From an uncultured Rhodobacteraceae bacterium (lineage in GTDB: Bacteria > Pseudomonadota > Alphaproteobacteria > Rhodobacterales > Rhodobacteraceae): DNA of 64,000 bases. The notes under the pieces were generated by a model. The model made no database searches, was not told the origin of the DNA, and saw only the letters and a list, made by a program, of their open reading frames with translations. Position 1 is the first letter of the stretch; the number at the start of each line of letters is the position of its first letter. The DNA lies in the NCBI GenBank assembly GCA_965657085.1, contig CBFHND010000003.1, positions 87,924 through 151,923 of the forward strand, read 5' to 3'. Shown one piece after another: positions 38,557 through 48,118 of this stretch. Position numbers and translations under genes: made by a program.

Positions 38557-39315
38557 ATGACGACCCCTGCCCTAATGGCCCGCATTCCCGGACCATCTGC
38601 TTCTGCACCACGTTTCGCGGTGCGTCCCTCCACGGCCGCTCTCCCGGCCTCCCGCATTTTCGAGGTTGCCGCCCTGCGCGCTGATGGCAGCCAGACTGTG
38701 TCACAGCATAAGGCCCCGGCCCTGCCATTGTTTGAAGCGGCGTTTTCCGCCTTTGCCCGTGGCACCGTTCTGGACGGGGCCGATGGCGCCATTGCGATCG
38801 AAGATCTGCAGCCGGGCGACTGGTTGCGCACCTCGTCCGGCGAACCCGCACAGGTAACGTGGATCGGATCGTCGAATTTCGTGCCTGCCGACATCGGGCG
38901 TCGCACGCCGCTGGTGCGGATCATGGCCGACACATTTGGCTTGGCGCGTCCTGAATCCTTCTTGTCACTGGGGCCCGCCGCGCGGTTGTTGCAAACGCCC
39001 CACCAACTGCAAGGCACAACAGGCGGGGCCGCGATGCTGACGCCGATACAAGCGTTCGTAGACGGCGTGAACGTGATCGAAGTGGTGCCACCGACCCCGG
39101 TGCGCCTGTTCCACCTGTGCCTGACACGCCACGCGGCGATCTTTGCCGGGGGCCTCAAGGTCGAAACCTTTCACCCAGGCGCCAACGCCACCCGAAGCGT
39201 CAGCCACGCGGTGCGCGACCTGTTCCTGTCGATGTTCCCGCGCATCGCGCATGTCAGCGACTTTGGCCCGCTGGCGCACCCACGCGCACCGGAACTGGAT
39301 GAAAACGCCGCCTGA
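38557..39315 (+). CDS. Hint (Hedgehog/intein-like) domain protein
   Basis: IAIEDLQPGDWLRTSSGEPAQVTWIG... followed by HLCLTRHAAIFAGGLKVETFHPG, the pattern of roseobacter Hint-domain proteins. Confidence 0.75.
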   Translation: MTTPALMARIPGPSASAPRFAVRPSTAALPASRIFEVAALRADGSQTVSQHKAPALPLFEAAFSAFARGTVLDGADGAIAIEDLQPGDWLRTSSGEPAQVTWIGSSNFVPADIGRRTPLVRIMADTFGLARPESFLSLGPAARLLQTPHQLQGTTGGAAMLTPIQAFVDGVNVIEVVPPTPVRLFHLCLTRHAAIFAGGLKVETFHPGANATRSVSHAVRDLFLSMFPRIAHVSDFGPLAHPRAPELDENAA

Positions 39316-39816
39316 TCAGGCACTTTGGCTTAGCCGCTGTTCCAGCACTTCGAAGGGCACACCCGGCTGATCCTTGGCCATACGGATCACCAGCGAGGTC
39401 TTGACGCTGGCCACGTTCGGCGTGGTCAGCAACTCGCCCGTCAAAAAGCTTTGAAAACCTGACAGGTCCGGGGCCACACATTTGAGGATGAAATCCACCT
39501 CACCATTCAGCATGTGGCATTCACGAACCAGAGGCCATCCACGGCATAGTTCCTCAAAGGCACTGAGGTCACTTTCGTTCTGACTGGCCAGGCCCACCAT
39601 GGCGAACACCTGCACTTCGAACCCAAGCTCGTGCGCATCCACATCCGCGTGATAGCCGCGGATGTATCCCGCCTCTTCCAGCGTGCGCACCCGACGCAAA
39701 CAGGGCGGCGCCGAAATGCCAACCCGCTTGGCAAGCTCGACGTTGGTCATACGCCCGTCAGCCTGCAATTCCGCCAGTATTTTGCGATCGATTGGATCCA
39801 GCCGCGTGCTTGCCAT
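39316..39816 (-). CDS. Lrp/AsnC-family transcriptional regulator
   Basis: LDPIDRKILAELQADGRMTNVELAKRVGISAPPCLRRVR HTH plus a RAM domain. Confidence 0.9.
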   Translation of the reverse strand: MASTRLDPIDRKILAELQADGRMTNVELAKRVGISAPPCLRRVRTLEEAGYIRGYHADVDAHELGFEVQVFAMVGLASQNESDLSAFEELCRGWPLVRECHMLNGEVDFILKCVAPDLSGFQSFLTGELLTTPNVASVKTSLVIRMAKDQPGVPFEVLEQRLSQSA

Positions 39817-39975
39817 TTGCGCCCCCTGATTTTTCGGTTGTTATAACACCACCGCCATGCTGCGCAATAATGTTTCGTCATCGCGCAATTTTCTTATCGA
39901 GGAGGGTAAGATATTTGATCCAACGCAAGGCAGGTGGCGCAATTTTTGGCAGGATCAGCCGCAGGAGGATCACAG

Positions 39976-40815
39976 ATGAAATTCATGGTGTTCGGTCTTG
40001 TTCTTGTTGCGGCGGTTATCCTGGCCGCGCTTTACGTTTTGCGCCGCGCGGACCACCGGGCCGATCAATCCCAGATGGATCATCTGCTGACCTTCCAGCC
40101 GAAGAACCCACCGCTTTATGATGCTGCGATGGTTGCGGATCTTCCGGACCCTGCCCAGCGCTACTTCAACTTTGCCATAACGCCGGGCACGCCGCTCTTC
40201 ACCGCTGCCGTGATCGACATGAAAGGGCAGTTCGGCATGGGCGACAAGGACAATCCGGGATACCGTGACATGGTCGCCAAACAGATCCTGGCCGCCCCCT
40301 ACGGCTTTGTGTGGAAGATGGCGACCAGCGCTGGCCAGCCGACGCTTTCGGGGTCCGACAGCCAAAGCTGGACACGGTTCTGGCTCGCCCACCTGATACC
40401 CGTGGCCCGGTTCGGCGGCACCGACGATCATCGCCGTTCCGCCTTCGGGCGCTATGTGGCCGAGGCCGTGTTCTGGACCCCGGCGGCGGTGTTGCCCGGC
40501 CCGCATGTGCGTTGGTCGCAGGCGGGACCCGACACCGCACGCATGACAATGACGCACGATGGCATGGCACAATCCGTTGATGTCACTGTCGATGACCGCG
40601 GCCAGCCCACTTTGGTGGTCCTTGATCGCTGGACGAATGCCAACCCGGACAAGACATGGCAGCTTCAACCATTTGGCGGGCGGCTTTCGGCCTTTGAAGA
40701 GTTCGGCGGATTCCACCTGCCCACCCATGTCGAGGCGGGCAACAACTTTGGCAGCATGGCCTATTTCCCGTTCTTCGTGGCGGATATCACCAGCATCACC
40801 TTTCCTTACCCCTGA
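39976..40815 (+). CDS. Membrane-anchored hypothetical protein (resembles DUF6544 family)
   Basis: GGAGGA SD. N-terminal TM MKFMVFGLVLVAAVILAALYVL. The family name is from memory only. Confidence 0.5.
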   Translation: MKFMVFGLVLVAAVILAALYVLRRADHRADQSQMDHLLTFQPKNPPLYDAAMVADLPDPAQRYFNFAITPGTPLFTAAVIDMKGQFGMGDKDNPGYRDMVAKQILAAPYGFVWKMATSAGQPTLSGSDSQSWTRFWLAHLIPVARFGGTDDHRRSAFGRYVAEAVFWTPAAVLPGPHVRWSQAGPDTARMTMTHDGMAQSVDVTVDDRGQPTLVVLDRWTNANPDKTWQLQPFGGRLSAFEEFGGFHLPTHVEAGNNFGSMAYFPFFVADITSITFPYP

Positions 40816-40924
40816 CCTGCAAGGCGGCCATGCACGCAACGCTGCATTTGCGGGGTTCAAAGCCTGCGCGCGCGGCGCTATATCTGCGGGGCTGCAAACG
40901 ACATCTGGCGCGGGGGATATGTCC

Positions 40925-41932
40925 ATGGCCGACACACGACACACCAAGGTTCTGATTATCGGCTCCGGTCCTGCGGGCTATACCGCGGGCGTCTACGCCA
41001 GCCGCGCCATGTTGGAGCCGATCCTCGTGCAGGGGATCGAACCCGGCGGTCAGCTGACCACCACGACCGAGGTCGAGAACTGGCCCGGCGATACAGAGGT
41101 GCAAGGCCCCGACCTGATGGTGCGTATGGAAGCACACGCCAAGGCCATGGGCTGCGAGATCATCGGCGACATCATCACCTCGATCGATTTTTCCAAACGG
41201 CCCTTCGTGGCACAATCGGACAGCGGTACGGTTTACGTGGCCGATGCGCTGATCCTTGCCACCGGCGCACGCGCCAAGTGGTTGGGCCTGCCCTCCGAGG
41301 ACAAGTTCAAGGGCTTCGGCGTCAGCGCCTGCGCCACCTGCGACGGCTTTTTCTACAGGGGTCAGGAAATTGTGGTGATCGGCGGCGGCAACACCGCAGT
41401 CGAAGAGGCGCTGTTCCTGACCAACTTCGCCTCCAAGGTCACGCTGATCCACCGACGCGACGAATTGCGGGCGGAAAAAATTCTGCAAGACCGATTGATG
41501 AAGAACCCGAAGATCGAGCCGCTGTGGTTTCATCAGCTTGAAGAGGTTTATGGCACCGACAGCCCGCTGGGCGTCGAGGGCATCAAAGTGCGCAACGTCA
41601 AAACCGACGAGATCACGGACATCCCATGCAAAGGCGTCTTTGTCGCCATCGGCCACGCGCCTGCCAACGAATTGGTCAAGGACGTGTTGGACACCCACAT
41701 GGGCGGGTACGTGGTGACCAAACCCGACAGCACCGAAACCTCGATCCCCGGCGTCTTCGCTGCTGGTGATCTGACGGACCACAAGTATCGTCAGGCCGTG
41801 ACGTCTGCTGGCATGGGTTGCATGGCGGCGCTGGAGGCTGAACGCTTCCTTGCCGAGAATGAGGATGCGGACGGCCAAAAAGACGCCGCGCAGCCTGTGG
41901 GTCATGGCGCCGAGGTCAAACAGGACGCCTGA
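40925..41932 (+). CDS. trxB: Thioredoxin-disulfide reductase
   Basis: GSGPAG FAD motif, redox-active CATCDG and GGGNTAVEEA NADPH motif. Start at MADTRHTKVLIIG. Confidence 0.93.
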   Translation: MADTRHTKVLIIGSGPAGYTAGVYASRAMLEPILVQGIEPGGQLTTTTEVENWPGDTEVQGPDLMVRMEAHAKAMGCEIIGDIITSIDFSKRPFVAQSDSGTVYVADALILATGARAKWLGLPSEDKFKGFGVSACATCDGFFYRGQEIVVIGGGNTAVEEALFLTNFASKVTLIHRRDELRAEKILQDRLMKNPKIEPLWFHQLEEVYGTDSPLGVEGIKVRNVKTDEITDIPCKGVFVAIGHAPANELVKDVLDTHMGGYVVTKPDSTETSIPGVFAAGDLTDHKYRQAVTSAGMGCMAALEAERFLAENEDADGQKDAAQPVGHGAEVKQDA

Positions 41933-42017
41933 CCGCCCCTCTCCCGAACGCGGTGCGCACGAGGGGTTGCGCCCCGTGCGGTTGACCGACCTCGCCCCAA
42001 AGGCCAAGCTGCGCGGG

Positions 42018-43697
42018 ATGGGAACGCAACACTCTGACCTTTGGCGTGGCACTTGGACCACCCGTGCCCGCATTGCCAGCGGGCTGGTGCTTTTTGCCTA
42101 TGCCGCGGGCCATTTGCTGAATATCGCACTGGGGCTTTATTCCGAAGCCGTTATGAACACTGCCCAGGACTGGCGACAGGTCCTGACCCGCAGTGCCTTG
42201 GGCAGCTTCATTATCTATACTGCTCTCGCCACTCACGCGGGTCTGGCTCTGACCCGGCTGATCGAACGGCGCAGCCTCAGGATGCCTTTCATGGAGGCTT
42301 TGCAATACTTCTTCGGCTTTGCCATCCCGCTGCTGCTGGTGACCCACGTCACCTACACCCGCGTCGCCCACGAGGTTTTTGACGTCAACGACGAGATGAG
42401 CCTGTTGATGTACCTGATCTGGGGCACCCAATCGGCGTTGACGCAGACCCTTCTGGTTCTTGTCGTTTGGGTGCACGGATGTATCGGGCTGCACATGTGG
42501 TTGCGCGGCAAGAGGTGGTGGCAGCAATTCATTCCAGCCCTGACAGGCGTGGCAGTTTTGGTGCCCGCCGCTGCGCTGGCCGCATTCATGGTGCAGGGTC
42601 AGACCCTGCGCACCGCTGTGGCTGCAGATGCTGACCTGCACCTTGATATTCTGGACGACTACAACCTGCCCGGCCCCGGCGAATTCGCCTGGCTCGAAGG
42701 GGTGGAAAGCGGTGTGTACTGGGCTTTTGTCGCCTTGCTGGCCGCGGCCATTTCCGTGCATCTGGGCCTGCGCCTGCGCGCATGGGGCCGATCGGTGCGC
42801 ATTGCCTACATCGATGGCCCGGAAATCACGGCCCCCAAGGGTCTGACCCTTTTGGAGATGTCGCGCAGCGCGGGCGTGCCGCACACATCCCTGTGCGGCG
42901 GGCGCGGGCGGTGCACCACCTGCCGCGTGGTGATCGAAGCGGGTGCCGAACACCTGCATCCCCCCGAGCCCGCCGAGGCGCGCAGTCTTGCCGCCGTGGG
43001 GGCCGCGCCCGGCACCCGTCTCGCCTGCCAGATCCGGCCAACAGACCCCGCAACCGTCTTTCGGGTCTTTCGCCCCGATGGCAGGCAAGGCCGCGCCCAC
43101 GCCAGCCAAGGGCAGGAACGCCCCCTTGCCATCCTGTTTCTGGACATGCGCGGCTTTACCGCGCGCACGGCGGGGCAATTGCCCTATGACGTCGTGTTCC
43201 TGCTGAACCGCTTTTTCGATGCCGTGGTCCCCGCCGTGATTGCCGCCGGTGGCACCATCGACAAATACATGGGTGACGGATTTCTTGCCCTGTTTGAAAC
43301 GCCCGACTCGCAAAGCTCTGCCCGCGCGGGGCTGGCTGCGGCCGCAGGCATCGGGCGCGCGCTGGATGCCTTCAACGCAGGGCTGACCACCGAAGGCGCG
43401 CCCCCAGTGGGCATCGGCATTGGCCTACATCTGGGCGATGTTGTTCTGGGTGAGATCGGCGCGGCAGGACATGCCCCGCGCACCTTGATCGGGGATGCTG
43501 TCAACACCGCGTCACGGCTGGAAGGGCAAACAAAACCCCTTGGCGTTGAGCTTTTGATTTCAAAGGCGGTCTTCGAGGCGGCGCAATACACAGTTGATCC
43601 GGCGCACGTGCAAACGCTTGAATTGCGCGGCGTGGCCGAACCCGTCGACGTGCTGGCCGTCAAGAAAGCGAGGGATGCACCGCAAGGCGATGCATGA
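42018..43697 (+). CDS. Polytopic membrane domain / [2Fe-2S] ferredoxin domain / class III adenylate-guanylate cyclase fusion protein
   Basis: About 5-6 hydrophobic helices carrying His residues (AAGHLLN, LATHAGL, LLVTHVTY, VWVHGCIGLHMW). fer2-type LCGGRGRCTTCRV...LACQ. Cyclase motifs FLDMRGFTAR, KYMGDGFLALF and LIGDAVNTASRL. Alternative GTG start at 41976. Confidence 0.8.
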   Translation: MGTQHSDLWRGTWTTRARIASGLVLFAYAAGHLLNIALGLYSEAVMNTAQDWRQVLTRSALGSFIIYTALATHAGLALTRLIERRSLRMPFMEALQYFFGFAIPLLLVTHVTYTRVAHEVFDVNDEMSLLMYLIWGTQSALTQTLLVLVVWVHGCIGLHMWLRGKRWWQQFIPALTGVAVLVPAAALAAFMVQGQTLRTAVAADADLHLDILDDYNLPGPGEFAWLEGVESGVYWAFVALLAAAISVHLGLRLRAWGRSVRIAYIDGPEITAPKGLTLLEMSRSAGVPHTSLCGGRGRCTTCRVVIEAGAEHLHPPEPAEARSLAAVGAAPGTRLACQIRPTDPATVFRVFRPDGRQGRAHASQGQERPLAILFLDMRGFTARTAGQLPYDVVFLLNRFFDAVVPAVIAAGGTIDKYMGDGFLALFETPDSQSSARAGLAAAAGIGRALDAFNAGLTTEGAPPVGIGIGLHLGDVVLGEIGAAGHAPRTLIGDAVNTASRLEGQTKPLGVELLISKAVFEAAQYTVDPAHVQTLELRGVAEPVDVLAVKKARDAPQGDA

Positions 43698-43748
43698 TAG
43701 TGCGGCCTTGGTGCCTTGCACGATTCACAGCCTTTTGGACCTCTACGC

Positions 43749-45077
43749 ATGATGTCTTCCACTGCCGCCCTTGCGCACATTCCGCATCTGCCTCCGAAAC
43801 CTCTGGTCGGGCACACGCTTGATCTGCTGCGCGACAGCTACGGCTTGCATCACCGCTCCGCCGCTGCACACGGTCCGATCTACAAGATCAAGCTTCTGGG
43901 CCAGTGGCGGGTGTCGCTGGGTGGTGCGGATGCGCTCGAATTCATTCTGGGCGACACCACGCACCTGTTTTCAAGCACCGATGGCTGGGACATGCTGCAC
44001 GCGCTGTTTCCCGGCGGGCTGATGCTGCGCGATTTTGAGGATCACCGGGCGCATAGGCGCATCATGCAATCGGCCTTTCGCAAGCCCGTGATGGATGCCT
44101 ACCGCACCGGGATGTACGATGCTTTGAACGACCTGGTTGCGGCGTGGCCCGCAGGCAAACCCGTTGCCTTTTTTCCCGCGATCAAGGACCTGACGCTCAA
44201 GATGGGGGCATCGGTGTTCATGGGGCTGCCGCCGGACGATCCGCGGGTGCCACAGCTGAACGATGCCTTTCAGGCGGAAGTGGCGGCATCGCTGGGCCTT
44301 GTGCGCAAACCACTGCCATTTACGAAACTGCGTCGCGGCATGGTTGCGCGGCGGCACCTGCTGGAAACCTTTCGCGCACTGATCCCTGAACGGCGCTTGG
44401 CGGGGGGCGATGATTTCTTTTCGCAGATGTGTCAGGCGGTGGATGAGGACGGCAACAGCTGGACCGAACAGCAGATCGTCGATCACTTCAACTTCCTGCT
44501 GATGGCAGCGCATGACACAACCGCCGCCAGCCTGACCAAGGTGATCTGGGCCTTGACCACCCATCCCGAATGGTATGCCCGCGTCGAGGCCGAAGTGGAC
44601 GCCTTGCCGGACGGCGTGCCGGACACGGCGGCATTGGACGCAATGCAGAACACCGATGCGGTGTTCCGCGAATGCCTGCGCCTGTTGCCGCCTGTGCCGT
44701 TCATTCCACGCCGCGCCACGCGGGATTTCGAATGGGAAGGCGTTAACGTGCCTGCGGGAACGTGGGTCAGCGCCACGCCGGGGCTTGTTCTGGTCTCGCC
44801 CGAGCATTGGAGCGACCCCGAGCGCTTTGACCCGGACCGGTTCAGCCCCGACCGCGCAGAAGACCGCAGCCACCGCTATGCCTGGGCCCCTTTCGGGGGC
44901 GGCGCGCACAAATGCATCGGCCTGCATTTCTCGACCATGCAGGTCAAGCTGTTCGTGGCCCTTCTGATGCGCCGTTTCAAGGTCACGCTGGATCAATCCG
45001 CGCCGGTCCGCTGGATCCGGGTTCCGATACCCCAACCGCGCGGTGGATTGCCGATCCGGCTGAAATTGCGCAACTGA
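43749..45077 (+). CDS. Cytochrome P450
   Basis: Heme-thiolate loop FGGGAHKCIGLHF, I-helix AAHDTTA and ExxR (ECLR). The start is either ATG 43749 or TTG 43716. Confidence 0.88.
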   Translation: MMSSTAALAHIPHLPPKPLVGHTLDLLRDSYGLHHRSAAAHGPIYKIKLLGQWRVSLGGADALEFILGDTTHLFSSTDGWDMLHALFPGGLMLRDFEDHRAHRRIMQSAFRKPVMDAYRTGMYDALNDLVAAWPAGKPVAFFPAIKDLTLKMGASVFMGLPPDDPRVPQLNDAFQAEVAASLGLVRKPLPFTKLRRGMVARRHLLETFRALIPERRLAGGDDFFSQMCQAVDEDGNSWTEQQIVDHFNFLLMAAHDTTAASLTKVIWALTTHPEWYARVEAEVDALPDGVPDTAALDAMQNTDAVFRECLRLLPPVPFIPRRATRDFEWEGVNVPAGTWVSATPGLVLVSPEHWSDPERFDPDRFSPDRAEDRSHRYAWAPFGGGAHKCIGLHFSTMQVKLFVALLMRRFKVTLDQSAPVRWIRVPIPQPRGGLPIRLKLRN

Positions 45078-45237
45078 TCGCCGTTTGGGGGGAAAGTTTG
45101 CTGCATTTGCGTCACATGCGCGCGGCGCGGCCTCAAATCCCTAGACTTTGCACCGTGCATGGGTCTAAAGCGCGCGCAAGCCCGGCGGCGCAGGCCGGGA
45201 TAACCCGTTGCACGATCCGTTAAATGAAAGACATCTC

Positions 45238-46956
45238 ATGACGACCCAGAATAATCTCGCACCTATTCCCGAACTCTTTGTTTCCTATGAAAGCGCGCAA
45301 AAGCTGAAGGTCGAGGCGGCTGATCTGGTCAGCCACGACCTGACACCCCGTCAGATCTGTGATCTGGAACTGTTGATGAACGGCGGCTTCAACCCGCTCA
45401 AGGGGTTCCTGTCCGAAGCCGATTACAACAGCGTCGTCGAAACCATGCGCCTGACCACAGGTGAGCTGTGGCCGATGCCCATCACCCTGGACGTGTCCGA
45501 AGATTTCGCAAGCAAGCTCGAGATCGGCCAGGACATCGCCTTGCGCGATCAGGAAGGCGTGATCCTTGCCACCATGACCGTCACCGACCGTTGGGAGCCC
45601 AACAAGGCGAAGGAGGCCGAAAAGGTCTTTGGCGCCGACGATGACAAGCATCCGGCCGTAAACTACCTGCACAATCAGGCAGGCAAGATTTACCTCGGTG
45701 GTCCGGTCACCGGCATCCAGCAACCCGTGCACTATGATTTCCGCGGCCGCCGCGACACGCCCAACGAATTGCGCGCCTATTTCCGCAAGATGGGCTGGCG
45801 CAAGGTTGTGGCCTTCCAGACGCGCAACCCGCTGCACCGCGCGCACCAGGAACTGACGTTCCGCGCCGCGCGCGAAGCACAGGCCAACCTTCTGATCCAC
45901 CCCGTCGTGGGCCTGACCAAGCCGGGCGACGTTGATCACTTTACCCGCGTGCGCTGCTACGAGGCTGTTTTGGACAAATACCCGGCATCGACCACCTCGA
46001 TGTCGCTGCTGAACCTAGCCATGCGCATGGCTGGCCCCCGCGAGGCGGTATGGCATGGCCTGATCCGCAAGAACCACGGCTGTACCCACTTCATCGTGGG
46101 CCGCGACCACGCAGGCCCCGGTTCGAACTCCAAGGGCGAAGATTTCTATGGCCCCTATGATGCGCAGGACCTGTTCCGTGAGCACCAGGAAGAAATGGGC
46201 ATCGAAATGGTCGACTTCAAACACATGGTTTGGGTCTCCGAGCGGGCCCAATACGAAGCCATGGACGAGATCAAGGACAAGGATGACGTCACCATCCTGA
46301 ACATCTCGGGCACCGAACTGCGCCGCCGTCTGGCCGAAGGTCTGGAAATCCCCGAGTGGTTCTCCTTCCCCGAGGTGGTCAAGGAACTGCGCCGCACCAA
46401 GCCGCCGCGCTCGCAGCAGGGCTTTACCGTGTTCTTCACCGGCTTCTCCGGGTCGGGCAAATCCACCATCGCCAACGCGCTGATGGTCAAGCTGATGGAA
46501 ATGGGCGGCCGTCCCGTCACCCTTCTGGACGGCGATCTGGTCCGCAAGAACCTCAGCTCGGAGCTGGGCTTTTCCAAGGAACACCGCGATCTGAACATCC
46601 GCCGCATCGGCTATGTCGCCTCCGAGATCACCAAGAACGGTGGCATCGCCATCTGCGCGCCCATCGCGCCCTATGCCACGACCCGCCGCGCGGTGCGCGA
46701 AGACATCGAAGCCTTTGGTGCCTTTGTCGAAGTGCACGTGGCCACGTCGATCGAGGAATGCGAGAAACGCGACCGCAAGGGCCTCTACAAGCTGGCGCGC
46801 GAAGGCAAGATCAAGGAGTTCACCGGGATTTCGGACCCATACGATGTGCCGGAAACCCCTGAACTGCGCCTTGAAACCGAGAACGTCGAAGTCGACAATT
46901 GCGCCCATCAGGTTCTACTGAAGCTGGAAAGCATGGGCCTGATCGCGGCTGAATAA
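45238..46956 (+). CDS. Bifunctional sulfate adenylyltransferase (Sat-type) / adenylylsulfate kinase
   Basis: ATP-sulfurylase QTRNPLHRAH and GRDHAG motifs. C-terminal APS-kinase P-loop GFSGSGKST. Confidence 0.9.
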   Translation: MTTQNNLAPIPELFVSYESAQKLKVEAADLVSHDLTPRQICDLELLMNGGFNPLKGFLSEADYNSVVETMRLTTGELWPMPITLDVSEDFASKLEIGQDIALRDQEGVILATMTVTDRWEPNKAKEAEKVFGADDDKHPAVNYLHNQAGKIYLGGPVTGIQQPVHYDFRGRRDTPNELRAYFRKMGWRKVVAFQTRNPLHRAHQELTFRAAREAQANLLIHPVVGLTKPGDVDHFTRVRCYEAVLDKYPASTTSMSLLNLAMRMAGPREAVWHGLIRKNHGCTHFIVGRDHAGPGSNSKGEDFYGPYDAQDLFREHQEEMGIEMVDFKHMVWVSERAQYEAMDEIKDKDDVTILNISGTELRRRLAEGLEIPEWFSFPEVVKELRRTKPPRSQQGFTVFFTGFSGSGKSTIANALMVKLMEMGGRPVTLLDGDLVRKNLSSELGFSKEHRDLNIRRIGYVASEITKNGGIAICAPIAPYATTRRAVREDIEAFGAFVEVHVATSIEECEKRDRKGLYKLAREGKIKEFTGISDPYDVPETPELRLETENVEVDNCAHQVLLKLESMGLIAAE

Positions 46957-47046
46957 TCACAGACCATTCAGCCCCTGTGCGGCAGTCGCCTTTGCATTGC
47001 AAAAGCGACGAGAGCATCACCCGGTTGCAAAAAACACTTCCACTCA

Positions 47047-47080
47047 CAGCCCCGCCCTCTGGCGGGGCTGTTGCGTTTTT
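47047..47080 (+). terminator. Rho-independent terminator
   Basis: CAGCCCCGCC ctct GGCGGGGCTG followed by TTGCGTTTTT. Confidence 0.8.
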
Positions 47081-47163
47081 GAAAGCCACAAGCGCGGCGG
47101 CAACTTGTTCACGCCCGCTCTTGCCCTACCTCACGTCTATTCGAAGACAGAGAGGTAGCCCCA

Positions 47164-48075
47164 ATGAAACTCACCCGCCGTCAAACCCTGCTGTCCGGAG
47201 CGGCACTGCCACTTGCCGCCGCAGCTCCTTCTGCCAGCCTCGCCGCTGCACATGCCGCCGCCTTGCCCACACATCGCGATTTCACGCTTGGTGATTTCAA
47301 GGTCACCACATTGCTGGTCGGCAGCCGCAGTGTTCCCGACCCTCAAAACATCTTTGGCATGAACGTGGACGCCGAGACCTTCAACGAGGTCAGTGCTGCC
47401 AACTTCCTGCCCACCGATGCGGCGCAATTCTTCTTTACGCCGACGGTGGTGAACACCGGCTCCGAGGTCATCCTGTTCGACACCGGATTGAACGCCGCCG
47501 GAACATCCGCAGCCTTGAACGCTGCCGGTTATGCGCCTGCGGACGTGACCCACGTGGTCTTGACCCACATGCATGGCGATCACATCGGTGGCCTGATGGA
47601 CGATGCCGGGAACGAAACATTTGCGGGTGCCGCCTATGTCACGGGTCAGGTTGAATTCGATGCCTGGGCCAAGGCCGAAAACGAAGGCTTCGAAGCCAAA
47701 GTGCGGCCTCTGGCGGAAAAGTTCAGCTTTATCGGTGGCGGCGACGCGGTTCGGTCGGGCATCACGGCCGTCGAGAGCTTTGGCCACACACCGGGGCACA
47801 TGACCTATATGCTGGAAAGCGGCGGCAAGCAGTTGCTGTTGATGGCCGACACCGCCAACCACTTTGTCTGGTCGCTGGCCTACCCGGATTGGGAAGTGAA
47901 GTTCGACATGGACAAGGCCGCAGCAGCAGCCACCCGCAAGCAGCTGATGGGCATGGCCGCAGCGGATCGGTTCCCGCTGATCGGCTATCACATGCCGTTT
48001 CCCGGCATGGGCTTTGTCGAGACCCGCGGCGAAGGCGGTTTCCACTATGTGCCGCACAGCTATCAGCTGATCTGA
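47164..48075 (+). CDS. MBL-fold metallo-hydrolase with Tat-type signal
   Basis: N-terminal TRRQTLL twin-arginine motif. HMHGDHIGG (HxHxDH). Confidence 0.85.
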   Translation: MKLTRRQTLLSGAALPLAAAAPSASLAAAHAAALPTHRDFTLGDFKVTTLLVGSRSVPDPQNIFGMNVDAETFNEVSAANFLPTDAAQFFFTPTVVNTGSEVILFDTGLNAAGTSAALNAAGYAPADVTHVVLTHMHGDHIGGLMDDAGNETFAGAAYVTGQVEFDAWAKAENEGFEAKVRPLAEKFSFIGGGDAVRSGITAVESFGHTPGHMTYMLESGGKQLLLMADTANHFVWSLAYPDWEVKFDMDKAAAAATRKQLMGMAAADRFPLIGYHMPFPGMGFVETRGEGGFHYVPHSYQLI

Positions 48076-48118
48076 CAACGCAAACGCGGGCGCACCCTGG
48101 CGGTGCACCTGCGGACAG

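Noticed and set aside
40559-42017. Long N-terminal extensions of the trxB (from 40559) and cyclase (from 41850) ORFs in the track
   Set aside because: The extensions overlap upstream genes and are Arg/Pro-rich with no similarity to the families. Internal starts give family-typical N-termini (MADTRHTKVLIIGSG; MGTQHS.. before the first TM helix).
46115-46135. tRNA T-arm-like string GGTTCGAAC (also TGGTTCGAGG near 31296)
   Set aside because: Both lie inside coding sequence or the pseudogene, and they lack acceptor and anticodon stem complements. No tRNA genes were detected in the window.
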